A DNA stretch of 64,000 bases from Basidiobolus meristosporus CBS 931.73 (taxonomy: Eukaryota; Fungi; Basidiobolomycota), in NCBI GenBank assembly GCA_002104905.1, contig MCFE01000400.1, forward strand, positions 17,340 through 81,339, read 5' to 3'. The stretch's first letter is position 1, and the number at the start of each line of letters is the position of its first letter. Below, in pieces: positions 25,679 to 37,072 of this stretch. The position numbers and the translations under genes are program-made. A model generated the notes under the pieces. It worked only from the letters and a program-made list of their open reading frames with translations, did not search any database and had not been told where the DNA came from.

Positions 25679-25987
25679 TTACGCATTCATTTGGTATAGG
25701 AGCACTCCACCGGTGAGCATCACACTGCCGAGTGAAAGGTTCACTCGCTCCCCAGAGTTCCCAAACACATCCTCGGTGGCGTTGCGAACGTGTGATGGGA
25801 CAGATGCGATTCCCGAGGTGACCTTGTTCCAGATGCTTGGGAAGACCCCTCCGTTGTTGGCAGTGGTAGTAGCAGGGGTGGTGGCGGTAGAGCCAGGGCT
25901 GGTGGTTGTGACCACGGTCGGGGTGGGAGACTGGGCCATGATACCTGCGATGAGAGCAGTGATCAAGGTTAGCTTTGTGAGTTGCAT
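25679..25987 (-). CDS. Small secreted GPI-like protein, copy C
   Basis: Same protein sequence as copy B. Confidence 0.85.
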   Translation of the reverse strand: MQLTKLTLITALIAGIMAQSPTPTVVTTTSPGSTATTPATTTANNGGVFPSIWNKVTSGIASVPSHVRNATEDVFGNSGERVNLSLGSVMLTGGVLLYQMNA

Positions 25988-26660
25988 GGCTGCGTTGGTA
26001 TGAATCAGTGGTAATGGGATGTTGTGTTCGGAGGATCAGCGAGGTTCGACATTTATAAGAAAAGAGGTGCCAAGTGGCATATCTACATGCCAAGAATACC
26101 AATTCATTCAGATCACGAGTTAAGGGATCAAATGTTGGCCGGCTTGGCGAGAGCTAGTGGATTAGGTATTCGATGGGCTTAGGATATGTGGAAGGCTGAT
26201 TGAAATTCGATTCAAGATTCATCATAGCCCGGCCTAAAATGGAAGCCCAATTCCCTACTATTGGCCACTCACTCAACATGATGCAACTAGTGGAGGGTTG
26301 GATGTACAATGACTTGCGGCAAACCAGACAAGCTCTTCGCCGCGACCGATCTATCATTCATGCGCCTGTGGGGAAGGGCTGGATCACCGCCAAGTCTACC
26401 AGGTAGAATGGAACGAGCACAGATACGTATTGGGAACACTCTGGGGTATATGTAGATACATTAGGAATTTGCATCAGCAGGTGTAACAATTGTTTTTTAT
26501 TCACATCTGGGCAATGCAATTGAAAGTCCCATTGTGGCTCGGGATCTACATGGATATGGCACAGAGACAGGTGCCCCTGATGGTGGACGCAAATGCTGGC
26601 AAGTTGAGACAACGCGATGTGAGTGTGGATGCGGATGCGCTCAGAGATCCTCTTCCTTAC

Positions 26661-26978
26661 TTAGACGCCCATCTGGTATAGAATCGCTCCACTGCCAAGC
26701 ACCAAACCGCCAAGCGAAAGGTCGATTCGGGCCCCAGAGTTGCCGAACACACTGTGAGTCGTGTTCCGGATGTTTGACGGTGCAGCGGCAATACCGGAGG
26801 TGATCTTATTCCAAATACTCGGGAACACTCTTGATTTACCCGCAGTGGTGCGAGCAGTGGTGCTAATGGGGCTGGCGAGGCTTGTTGAGGTAGCTGTCGG
26901 AGCTGGAGTTGGAGTTGAAGACTGGGCCATAGTGTTAGTGAGGAGAGCGGCAATCAATATTTGCTGGATGAGATGCAT
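26661..26978 (-). CDS. Small secreted GPI-like protein, copy D (diverged)
   Basis: MHLIQQILIAALL...VFPSIWNKITSGIAAAPSNIRN...FGNSG...LYQMGV. Start inferred at 26978. Confidence 0.8.
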   Translation of the reverse strand: MHLIQQILIAALLTNTMAQSSTPTPAPTATSTSLASPISTTARTTAGKSRVFPSIWNKITSGIAAAPSNIRNTTHSVFGNSGARIDLSLGGLVLGSGAILYQMGV

Positions 26979-27303
26979 GGTATGGTGAAACACGATAGAA
27001 GTTACGTTGAATGAATGGAACCATTGCTTGTATTTATAATGGTGGATGCACCAAGATTCCCTTTCTACGGGCTGGATACGAGGGATAGACGGCCACTTGT
27101 TGGTCGAAGGAAAGACCTTGATGGGAGGATGAAAGTATGATAGACACACCAGGATCCAACGTAGATAGATTACTGATGGAGGTACGATGCAACCAATACT
27201 CATGGTCAGGTTAAAATGAAGCATTTATTAAAGTCGGTATGCAGATACATATCCTTTGCTGTATACATTATGCATATATGATGAGATAGATAAGATCAAC
27301 GAA

Positions 27304-27612
27304 CTAAGCCCTCATTTGAAGCAGAAGCACTCCGCTGGTGAGCATCACGCCCCCCAGCGAAAGGTAGACGCGCGCCCCAGAGTTGTTGCCGAATACATCG
27401 TTCGTGGCATTACGAATGTTCGACGGTGCCGCAGCAATACCGGAGGTGATCTTGTTCCATACGCTCGGAAACACCCCCGCCTCACTGGTGGTAGTGGCAG
27501 GAGTAGCGGTGATAGCGCTGGAGACACTTGACGAGGCAGAAGTCGGAGCCGGCGACTGAGCCGTAACGCTAGCGAGGAGAGCGGCAATGAAAGTGGCTTT
27601 GAAGAAGTGCAT
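27304..27612 (-). CDS. Small secreted GPI-like protein, copy E (diverged)
   Basis: MHFFKATFIAALLASVTA...VFPSVWNKITSGIAAAP...FGNNSG...LLLQMRA. Confidence 0.82.
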   Translation of the reverse strand: MHFFKATFIAALLASVTAQSPAPTSASSSVSSAITATPATTTSEAGVFPSVWNKITSGIAAAPSNIRNATNDVFGNNSGARVYLSLGGVMLTSGVLLLQMRA

Positions 27613-27727
27613 GGTGATGGGTTGTATGGTGACGGTAGTGGGAACTCGCCTGCGTAGTCTTTATAGAAACGAACCGCTTGGGCTTGGTTGGGCTGGAGCA
27701 AAGGCTAAGTCAGATGGTATAGGGTAT

Positions 27728-27760
27728 GGGTAAGGGTAAGGGTAAGGGTAAGGGTAAGGG
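27728..27760. repeat. (TAAGGG)n microsatellite
   Basis: About 5 units, directly visible. Confidence 0.8.
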
Positions 27761-28122
27761 TACGGTAACATAGGGAGATGTCTTAACGAATGCTAATGCG
27801 ATGACCGAATTTAGAAGCAACAAGGTTCCAAAAAACCGGAGTGCTGAGCATCTCTTGATGCAGGGACAGCAGCAATGAGGAACCATTGCGATCAGGGAAA
27901 TCCATTGTAAATTGGATTTCATAAAACCATGATGCAGTCGTGCATACCATTCAAGGTGAATCCACCCTATTGTTCCGCACAATAGATCGACAATAGACCA
28001 TCTCCCTGCTCTCGACATGCACCCCTTATTGCACGCAACATCCGTGGATAAATACCCAACGGCTCTCCACCGGAATCGTCAGTTCATCTCATCTCCATCC
28101 ACATCTTCCCAACCAAGTCAAC

Positions 28123-28245
28123 ATGCGCTTCAACGTTGCCCTCTGCACTTTCATCGCCCTCCTCGTCTTCACATCCGTGGTCGTGGACGCGCAAGGAGCG
28201 AAAGGTCAGCCCGCCGCCAAGGGGAAGAAGGGCTCCAAACAGTAA
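28123..28245 (+). CDS. 40-aa secreted peptide precursor, not in the ORF track
   Basis: MRFNVALCTFIALLVFTSVVVDA|QGAKGQPAAKGKKGSKQ*: a signal peptide followed by a 17-aa Lys/Gly-rich peptide. Codon usage is C/G-ending, like neighbouring genes. Confidence 0.7.
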   Translation: MRFNVALCTFIALLVFTSVVVDAQGAKGQPAAKGKKGSKQ

Positions 28246-28519
28246 TCCCCAACCCCGCGCAGCCCAGCCTCCACCAAGGAAAAACCACACTCGGATTGAA
28301 TTTACATGTGGCGTGAACCACAGGAACCATTTCTTGAATTTATATACATTTCAAATGTTTGGGATCGGCATCGATGGATTCGATGCACTCAAAATACAAT
28401 AAAAGTGTGGGGGGAGGGGTGGTCTCTACTATTCACATACATTGCACTTTCTCTAGATTCATGTCGGGTGGATGGGATGGGATGGGATGGGGTACACGTT
28501 GGAGTCGGCGGGTGGCTCA

Positions 28520-29428
28520 TTATTTAGCAATGCCGAGGTTGGAATTCAGATCCAACGACTCCTCCAACTCGACCAGCTGGCAAATCAAGCTCATGTTCGG
28601 GCAAATCGAATCACTACGCGATTTCACGTAGTCGTAGGCTTCGTTGACATTCATTCGTAAAGCACGCATAACGTACGCGATCATAAGACTTGCTGAGCGT
28701 GACACGCCAAGCTGACAGTGCACAAGTATACCCAGCTGCTTGGAACGCGCCTCGTCGATGAATCGGAAGGCGTCCTGGAAGGATTTGAAAATGTTCTCCT
28801 CGTTGTGTCCCCAAGCCAGGCTTTTGTATCTCAGGATACGGGTGGGATCAGCGAGACAATCCCCATCCAGCTGAAGGGTGTACGATACGATGGATGGTGT
28901 GGTCGGGGACACCACCCCCTCAAAATACGGGGGATCTACCTCTTTGGCAACATTCAAGATGTAATGGATATCGTTTGTGACCAGCATCTCCTGATCACGA
29001 GCGTTCTTCTCGCAACCTAGGAATAGAAAGGGCAGAATGCATATTGGGCCAGCGTTGTATGAATCTTGCTGTCCAGGGCTGGTCTCCCCAGCGATCTGAA
29101 GCTGGTTGACCTGTTGTGTGATGGAGGTTGTGGGTGTCTCGACGACTTTTCCGCTGGTTTCAGTCGCCCCGCACCCCTTTGGAACGATTAACGACAGATT
29201 CTTCGAGTTGCGCCGTTTGTTCCTCAGAGGAGGCTTTTTCGCGAGAGAGGGGAATGGGGAGGTGGAGATGGGTTTGGAGAAGGCAAGGGTCATGGTTTCG
29301 TTTCGTTTCGTTTCGTTTCGGACGGGGGGAAGGGGACGAATTCTGGCGAAAGGATCAAATAAGACAGGGAGCAGCGTCGGCTCTTTCCACATTATATGCG
29401 ATGACACGGGATGATCAAATAATTCCAT
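28520..29428 (-). CDS. Dual-specificity (MAPK-type) protein phosphatase, Pmp1/Msg5/Cpp1-like
   Basis: GPICILPFLFLG, HCQLGVSRS active site, AYDYVKSRS..ICPNMSL, N-terminal RRNSKNLSL. The true start may be the internal MTLAFS. Confidence 0.9.
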   Translation of the reverse strand: MELFDHPVSSHIMWKEPTLLPVLFDPFARIRPLPPVRNETKRNETMTLAFSKPISTSPFPSLAKKPPLRNKRRNSKNLSLIVPKGCGATETSGKVVETPTTSITQQVNQLQIAGETSPGQQDSYNAGPICILPFLFLGCEKNARDQEMLVTNDIHYILNVAKEVDPPYFEGVVSPTTPSIVSYTLQLDGDCLADPTRILRYKSLAWGHNEENIFKSFQDAFRFIDEARSKQLGILVHCQLGVSRSASLMIAYVMRALRMNVNEAYDYVKSRSDSICPNMSLICQLVELEESLDLNSNLGIAK

Positions 29429-30076
29429 CAGGCAAGATTAGAGGCTAATTTTGGACACTGGGAAAATTCATTGCCACCCTCTATTAGACGGGATTAACAA
29501 CAGGCCAGATGATTGGCAGGTGTCGTTTCAGGTCGAGCATCATTGAGCTTCTTCGGCCCATGTGATATGGATGCTTATTGAAGTGCCAATATGCTTCGGC
29601 CATATACGAGGTTAATACCCTTCGTTTTGGTCAATATACGTCCAGATTTGCTATTCTAGGCGGCATGCGAGGCCCAAATAAGCTAGATACCACCAAGTTG
29701 TGCTTAATATCCATATATATGGCCCAATGAGTCCAGCCACAAAAGTCGGTGAACCGTGTACTGGAGATGGACAGGACCACCACTGTTTCCTTGATTAGCC
29801 CTCATGTGACAAGCAGCGGTGGGTTCGATCGTACCACCGCGCTTCCATGGATCGATTCTGGATTGATTAGGGACTGGATGCGATGGTTGATTCTGGATTT
29901 ATTCAGGATTATTCTGGTGATTTTCATCTCCGCCACTTCCATCAATTATTCTGGTGGTTTTCATCTCCGCCACTTCCATCATCAACGGCGACAAGAATAG
30001 GGTCATAGGGGGTGGGGATATGGTGGGTCGGCGGGTTCGATTTGGTAAACATACAAATATGTGGAGATGTATGGCC

Positions 30077-32308
30077 CTAGTGGACCCGAAGATTGCTGAG
30101 ATTGGTGGACATCTCGATCATCCCCTCCTCCGAGGATTCGTTGATGTCTTCGTCCCGGCGGCTGAAGAGACCGCTCCAGTACTTGAGGTACTGAGTGTCG
30201 GGTGCGATGACCGGGTCTCGCTCATCTTGCGCTGGCTCGTACACCTGGTTGCGGAACTCCTCGATGTTCGAGTTGAAGTAGGACCAGACGGAGAAGGTCT
30301 TCTTCTCCGACTGCGCCTCGACCTTCTCCTTCTCGCAGTTGAACAGGAACGTGCCGAACTGGCAGGAGTACACGTGATAGTGCAGCTGGATCAAGAAGCG
30401 CTCGTTGAATTCGAATCGGGTGGGGTTTTGCGTCCAGATCTGATAGACGCAATCCAGGAATTGGTGGAACACTGGGGAGGAGTAGCGTCCTTGGTTCTGC
30501 TTGAAATACCGGTGGTGGACATTGTTGAAGGTGCTGGCGGCCGCGTTCGTGGTCGTGTTCACCAGGAAGTTTTTCTCGCTCGATAGATGGCCGCAACGCT
30601 CGGTGAATTTGTGCCCGAAAGACACCCACTCTTTCTCGATAAGAATCTCGAAGCCTCGGATCGTCCTGTAGAACGGATCCAGACAAAGCTCGGCTAGAGC
30701 AGTCAGCTGGGAAGTTCTGTCCCATCCATCGGAGCAATGGACAAGCACGTGAGAGTTGTTCTGTGAGACGTTGTTCACTATCACCGCCGCCCCCTCCAGG
30801 ATGGACCCCAGGTGTTTGAGCCAGTTCGTCTTGGACAGCAGCAGTTTGTTGACCACCCCGGAAGGGTCGGTGGATTGCATGGCTAGCAAATGGATTAACA
30901 TGCGGGATGGGATGGTGAGAGGTCGTCTCTTTGGCCTTACCTTCGACCACCTTGTTCAGGCTGTCGCGCATCACGTGGATGTTGTCGATGCCGAGATACA
31001 ACTTCTTGCAGTTTTTGTAATTCTCCATGTTCTCGGAGCCGGCGCCAATGGCAACGTTGGCCATGGCGTTGGCGGTGGGCCGTGCATCCACAATCAAGTT
31101 GGACATGCTTGGGGAGATGGAGTTCGGCGTTTTCGGGACGTTGCTGGCGAAGATGGCCTCCACAAGCTTCTCATCCTGCACCGATCGAGCCTGCTTCAAT
31201 CCGACCATTGGCTGGCTTGATCTGGAGATGGTGGCCTAATGGTATGGAGCAAAGGTTGGTTGATCAGTTCACTCAAATGAACGCTCAGTCTATTGTAAAT
31301 AACAACCATATTGGGGCCGTGGATGTAGCTCAGCACGGGTATCCGATTTTTGCTGCGGTACTTGGCAGCGTAGTTAATGACGGTGTCGCTGATCTTCCCG
31401 GGAACGGCGAGCACTCGAGGGTATGTCGAGCAAAGCTGGCCGGGGACGTTAGACTCAATGAGAGCGTAAGGGTTATGGGGATGCTGCATACCTGGAAATC
31501 CTGGTTGAGCTGTGTGAATCTCCAACTGCTACTTTTGGTTCCAACTCCCAGTCTTTCATACTCCTCGATTGGATTGTAGATGGTCCAACCGTTGTCGACG
31601 GTGAACTTTGGAAATGGCTGATAAAAGAAAGCATAGAGCCGACTGATGGAATCTAAAAAATCCGCCCAAATGTGGTTCTTAGCCATAGATGCCAGTACTT
31701 CTTGCCAACCCTGGCTGTGGTAAAACCTGCAAGGAAGACTATGCTATGCTGTCATTGAATATCTTACCAACACATATCAGCTTCTGTATACTCTCAAAGA
31801 CATCGATGGCGTCTCTCTCTCTCTCAATTAGAAGCGACACAAACAAGAAGTTGTGGCACTTGATGTTTAATGGATGGTAGCCGTTTGGGGTTAGCGCCTT
31901 TCGTTCCACCGTATGGACAATTGGGTAGGAGATCTACATGCAAGCCCAATGGAACCAACCGTTGGCGTTAGAGATGAACTGGAGATAGAAATACTGCTAC
32001 TGGCTTTTGATAAGAAAAAGGATGTCCGACCCATAATTCCTGCTCAGGATGATTGAATATAAGTTGGTGTGCGGTTAAATGAAGTGTGCCTATGAATGCA
32101 CGACGATCTTTCTCCAGCCGGACGTTATCGACCTGTTGGGGTGAAGCAATAGAAGTTAGTAAGCTGGTCTAGTTATGCTAGGGAGAGACCTGATTGTAGC
32201 GGATCTTGGCAAGAATCGTCTATTACTCAAGGTAGAGCCATCCCCTCCTTGCTCATACATATGCTTGTTGTGAAGATGACTGACCTTCGCAATCTTGATG
32301 AAATCCAT
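30077..32308 (-). CDS. YMR1: Myotubularin-family phosphoinositide 3-phosphatase (multi-exon)
   Basis: Start MDFIKIAK followed by intron gtcagt; CSTYPRVLAVP; RSKNRIPVLSY; IVDARP; HCSDGWDRT; EKEWVSFGHKF; SPVFHQFLDCV. The symbol is the yeast ortholog name. Confidence 0.93.
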
Positions 32309-33022
32309 GGCTTTTTATTCTGTATTCCAGTCAGTTGTCGGTACTACACCTCTAAAATTATCGTGCTGTTCTAAAAGGGTTCGCTGAGAGCACTGCTAAC
32401 TGGCAACCAGAAAAAAGGATAAGCAGTTGGAAGTCACAACTGAAAGCGACCTAAACAGATGGATAGCTATGTTGTGGTGGAATTGGTTAGCTAATTGGTG
32501 TCATCAAGATGGATTTTTGAGGGACATGGATTGCATAACTACTATCCCTACTAATAGGTTGCCATCAACGTAGACTATATGTTATGCCACTTTCCTAACA
32601 CTCGCATAGGATAAGCCACCAGGCTATTCCAAATCACCTAGATCCCGTGGGATGAGTGGGATGGGTGGGATGCGTTGTTTAAATCATCCAAATTCACTCA
32701 AATTCACCCAAATCTCATGGAACACAAGCGCAGAAAATTTTTCATTCCCTGGATGGTTCAGTTCTTGGGTTGGGACTTGTGGTGATTCCATGGTCAATCC
32801 CCAAACTAATTCCACTCCCCGCATTTTTTTGTATCCAGTCGACCATCCCATATTGTATTCCCTCCGTTCTGCTCACGTGACAAGGGCGGATTGCTCGAAA
32901 TATTTTTTGCCCGCATACAGGATAAGCGGGAATCAGTAAAGCACATACTATTTCGCAGTTAGAATTGTGCGGCTTCGTTTCCCGCCAGTTCATGTTTGAC
33001 TTGTTGCCTCTTAAACGCTTAA

Positions 33023-35497
33023 ATGGCTCACCCAAGGCTGTCTAAAGCGTCAAGTATATTACGTGCTTGTTTACTTGTCAAAAGAGAAAAGCCAACCCTC
33101 AATAGCCTGCACATCCACCTCGGCCGCTACCAAGCAAACCACTCTTTCTCCACCACCCACAGTAACAACACGTTGTCGTCGAGCGCCGAATGCTCTTACA
33201 CACTCAGCGACCCTTCCGACTCCGACAAAGACCTCCCCCCCTTCAACACGGCCAAGAAAAACCCCATCCTTGCGCTTAGAGAGGCAGGGAAAAACAGCGC
33301 AGAGCGGGCGTACGATGTGTACATGGCGGCTCTACGGGACGGATTCACTCCGGACCTCAGGTTTTACACCCAACTGCTGAAGATTTGTAGAATTTATGGA
33401 AAGATAAACTTCGTATCCAAGGTATACTCGGATATGAAACTCACACGCACCTCTCCTGACACTGTAGTATACAATATATTAATCGACGCATATACCAAAA
33501 GCTCCCAAGTGGACGTGGCTTCCTCGCTCTACCAAGAGATGCTCCGACAGAGCTGCCAGCCTACCGTAGTAACGTTTAGCACCCTAATCCATGGATACAG
33601 TAAGCAAGCCGACATGGCCCGGGCGATGCAACTGCTACAGGAGATGGCCAACAGAGATATCCAGCCCAACGTAGTAACATACACCACTCTCATCGACGGG
33701 TTCATGAAAAAATCCGATTGGAAGAGCGCTGTTTCGCTATATCAACAGATGCAGACCAAGAGAATCCACCCGAACCTGAAGACCTTCACAGTACTCATCG
33801 ACGGCCTTCTCCACCACTCGCAAATCGACACTGCCAAGGGAGTATACGAACATATGTCGCGAATGAAAATCACCCCAAACGTAGTGACCTATTCCAGGCT
33901 CTTGACCGCTTTCATCAAGGCCGATCGGTGCCAAGAAATCGAACGTCTCAGGGCGGATATGGTACGAAACAGGGTTGCTCAGAACCGGCTAACCTACTCC
34001 TCCTTGGTCCACGGGTACGCGAAGATGTCGGAAGCAGAGAAGACATTGGACGTCTTTCAAGAGATGGTGCGGCACAAAGTCGATCCAGATCTAGGGATCT
34101 TCTCGGCCCTCATTCCATTTCTCGTTCGGGAATCTCGAGTGGAGCAGGCCATGTCGGTCTTCAGCAAGATGGCGGAGTATCAGATTCGTCCGACCGCGTT
34201 GATCTACTCTAGCCTGATCAACGGCTTTACCAAGCAACGGAGTATGCACCGGGCGCTTCAGGTGTACTACGAGATGCTGGGAAACAACGTGGCTCCAGAC
34301 ACCCAGACCTACACCATACTGATCGACGGCTACGCCAGAGTCCCGGATATGCAATCCGCGTCCAAAATCTATCAAGAGATGTTGACTAGCGGATGTGAAC
34401 CTGACATTATCACATACAACACGCTTGTGAGCGGCTATTCCCGAGCGATGGAGATGACCAAGATCATGGAGATATGCGGCGATATGGTTTCCCGAGGGGT
34501 CATCCCCGACCGTAACTTCTACACCACCCTCATCGATGCATCCTCGAAGAACGGGAAACTTGAGGACTCCCTGAAATTCTTTCACCACATGCTCAAGCAC
34601 GACATCCGCCCCGACTGCGTAACATACACGGCACTAATAGAGGCGTACGCTTCGAGGTCGCTGATGAAGGAGGCTACGCACACTTACAAGGACATGCTTA
34701 GTCTTGGCATTTGTCCCGACTCGGTTACCTTCCGGACACTAGTGGACGCGCATCTGAAAACTTCCGACATTCATAGTGCTCACGAGATATACAATCAGGC
34801 ATTGGAACACGGCATCTCCATCGACGTAACCGTTCCAAACAAACTGATCATTGAATATGTCAGGGGTTCGAACTTGGACGGTGCGATGAAGGTGTTCGAG
34901 GGCATGAAGCACTCCGGCATTGCCCCAGATAGTAACACCTACCTACCGCTGATACGAGCGAACATAAGAACCAAGGATATACCCCGAATGTTCGGGCTGT
35001 ACGCTGAGCTGGTAGAGATGGCAACCCCCAATCTTTCCGTGCATGCTGCCATGGTGGATTTTATCCAGGGGCGATACCAGACATATGGAGTCCCGACCGT
35101 CTTGAGGGAGCTCTCCAGGCTGCTTTCACCGCATCTGCTCTCCTGCTCAGTCCCGGTTCTGTTGGAGTCCAGCAGTATACATAAGACCAACTACACCATC
35201 CATCGCTACGCCAACACCCGGGGCGATTCACAGAAGCTAGCCAACACGGTATGGATGTGGCTAAAAGGCCAAAAGATTCCGCTGGGCTCCAGGGCGTACG
35301 AATCCTACATCGAACAGTTGTGTCGGCTCGGGGACTTCACCACCGCGCGCAAGGTGTTCCTGGAGGAGATGCCCCGAAAAGGTATCCGAGCCACACTCAA
35401 CAGCTGCAAGGTCATGGTGAGACATCTACAACAAATTGGCTCGCACGAAGACATCAGGCGAGTGTACCACCTCTTCAAGGATATCAGCAGCCAGTGA
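33023..35497 (+). CDS. Pentatricopeptide repeat (P-class) protein, probably mitochondrial
   Basis: A long tandem run of 35-aa repeats (PDTVVYNILIDAY, PNVVTYTTLIDGF, PDIITYNTLVSGY and others) after a basic/Ser-rich N-terminus. Intronless. Confidence 0.95.
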   Translation: MAHPRLSKASSILRACLLVKREKPTLNSLHIHLGRYQANHSFSTTHSNNTLSSSAECSYTLSDPSDSDKDLPPFNTAKKNPILALREAGKNSAERAYDVYMAALRDGFTPDLRFYTQLLKICRIYGKINFVSKVYSDMKLTRTSPDTVVYNILIDAYTKSSQVDVASSLYQEMLRQSCQPTVVTFSTLIHGYSKQADMARAMQLLQEMANRDIQPNVVTYTTLIDGFMKKSDWKSAVSLYQQMQTKRIHPNLKTFTVLIDGLLHHSQIDTAKGVYEHMSRMKITPNVVTYSRLLTAFIKADRCQEIERLRADMVRNRVAQNRLTYSSLVHGYAKMSEAEKTLDVFQEMVRHKVDPDLGIFSALIPFLVRESRVEQAMSVFSKMAEYQIRPTALIYSSLINGFTKQRSMHRALQVYYEMLGNNVAPDTQTYTILIDGYARVPDMQSASKIYQEMLTSGCEPDIITYNTLVSGYSRAMEMTKIMEICGDMVSRGVIPDRNFYTTLIDASSKNGKLEDSLKFFHHMLKHDIRPDCVTYTALIEAYASRSLMKEATHTYKDMLSLGICPDSVTFRTLVDAHLKTSDIHSAHEIYNQALEHGISIDVTVPNKLIIEYVRGSNLDGAMKVFEGMKHSGIAPDSNTYLPLIRANIRTKDIPRMFGLYAELVEMATPNLSVHAAMVDFIQGRYQTYGVPTVLRELSRLLSPHLLSCSVPVLLESSSIHKTNYTIHRYANTRGDSQKLANTVWMWLKGQKIPLGSRAYESYIEQLCRLGDFTTARKVFLEEMPRKGIRATLNSCKVMVRHLQQIGSHEDIRRVYHLFKDISSQ

Positions 35498-35944
35498 ACT
35501 CCCGCCAGCACCGCATCCAAGTCACCTTTTCATCTTCTGGTAGATAGAATTCCCATCACACACATTCCTCCATCGCATTTCACACGACAGATTTTCCCCC
35601 ACATCTGGCCCTCCTTTCCAGCATAGCACGTTCCTTCATGTATTATACACAAACCCCAATCTAATTCAAGTCGGCATCTTTCTAGATTAAACAACTGCAA
35701 CACCACCACCACTACTCTTCAACGTTTCATCAATAAACTCGTGCTCTGTATGTATAGTACTTTGGCATCCATCTATCCGCTTCGATCGCCGTACCACAGA
35801 CTGGATATGGGAAATCTACACATGCGCAGGTGGATGTACATGGAGTTTTATTGGTGGTTAGCGGGGACCCAAAATTCATTATAGACATAAATACATTAGA
35901 GATGGGTGAGGTGGGTGGTGTGTGATGGGATGAATGGTAAATGA

Positions 35945-37072
35945 TTACAGCAGGAAAGATAATCGATGTGGCTCCCCATGAGTCCGGTATGTTTGGGAGG
36001 GATGGGTGAGCGGCTCCTCAGAGGTGGACCGCTTTTGGCCGGAGTCGATTTGCTCCTGGATTATCGTCGCCTTGTATTGGGCCACCTCTTCGAGAGGAAT
36101 CTCTATCAAGTAATCTTCCCAAGGTTCCGCTTTGTCGTTCTTGGGCTTGCCGAGAGTGGTTGCGGTGACCGTCTTTGGGAAAAGACCTGCTGGCGGCCCC
36201 TCTAGTTCTGGGGGGACGGAGAGGCTGTGAGAGAAGTTCGACTGCCCCTGACGGAACTTGGATGAATGGCTAAGCTGGAGCGTAATGAGAACACATTGTA
36301 TGGCCCCTAGTAGAAGAACAGTTAGCGCGGGAGGTCGGAAACGAACTTGCGTGGTGGCATACTTACAGTCAACGTCGAAGAGGATCGAAGAGTTCTCTCC
36401 GAGCACCCCTCTAATAACCAAGCTCGGGGTGATGATGTTGGATACGGTGATCAGCAAGAAAAACCACATGCCGTCTTTCAGGAAGGATTTGTACACGGGG
36501 GACTTCTTCCTGCGATGGTGTTTGTAGATCACGGTGAGGAAGCAGCCGCTGAGGAAGGCGTTCAAGGTCCACAGGCAGGAGAACCACAGGATGGCTATCA
36601 AGGGGTCGGGAACATTTCCGCAAGCGCCGAAGACCGACCTCGTGTATACGGCGGTTATTGCGTGCCACGAGTGCAAGGCAATCGACGCTGCCAAGCAAAC
36701 ACCACCTACAGCGTAGATGACTACGTGGTGCTGGTTGCTCACGGTGGCTTTTATCAGCAGGATGATCATGATACAGTCGAGGGAGAATTCGTGGGCATAG
36801 TTGGTGACAAAGGCAACTATCTGGCAGTTGGCCTGCACGTGCAATAACGGAAGCAGAAACGCCAACTCCCTCACTGGCCCAAGAAGGTTTGCCAGCAAAC
36901 ATAGCCAATAAATGAGCTGTCGATTGTGGTAAAGCATTTGGGCCGACTGGGCGATACACCAAATGAAGCAGTACATGACCATGGACAAAATACATATGGA
37001 TGTCTTTTCCGAAAGGATCGTGTCCACCAATGCGGGACTTAGGTTCGTCGAGGCGTCCATATTAACGACCAC
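35945..37072 (-). CDS. Multi-pass (about 7 TM) membrane protein, GPCR-like, probably with one intron near 36300-36365
   Basis: Seven hydrophobic segments and a polar C-terminal tail. An in-frame gtaagt...ag segment is present. Confidence 0.65.
   Translation of the reverse strand: MVVNMDASTNLSPALVDTILSEKTSICILSMVMYCFIWCIAQSAQMLYHNRQLIYWLCLLANLLGPVRELAFLLPLLHVQANCQIVAFVTNYAHEFSLDCIMIILLIKATVSNQHHVVIYAVGGVCLAASIALHSWHAITAVYTRSVFGACGNVPDPLIAILWFSCLWTLNAFLSGCFLTVIYKHHRRKKSPVYKSFLKDGMWFFLLITVSNIITPSLVIRGVLGENSSILFDVDCKYATTQVRFRPPALTVLLLGAIQCVLITLQLSHSSKFRQGQSNFSHSLSVPPELEGPPAGLFPKTVTATTLGKPKNDKAEPWEDYLIEIPLEEVAQYKATIIQEQIDSGQKRSTSEEPLTHPSQTYRTHGEPHRLSFLL

Noticed and set aside
27728-27760. (TAAGGG)5 as an ancient telomere
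   Set aside because: It is a variant unit, short, and has no LINE tip or junction signature; likely a plain microsatellite, as are (TGGTAC)n near 23325 and (GTTTC)n near 29296.
29905-29980. About 37-bp tandem duplication between the phosphatase and myotubularin genes
   Set aside because: Only two copies in a UTR/intergenic region, with no structural signal.
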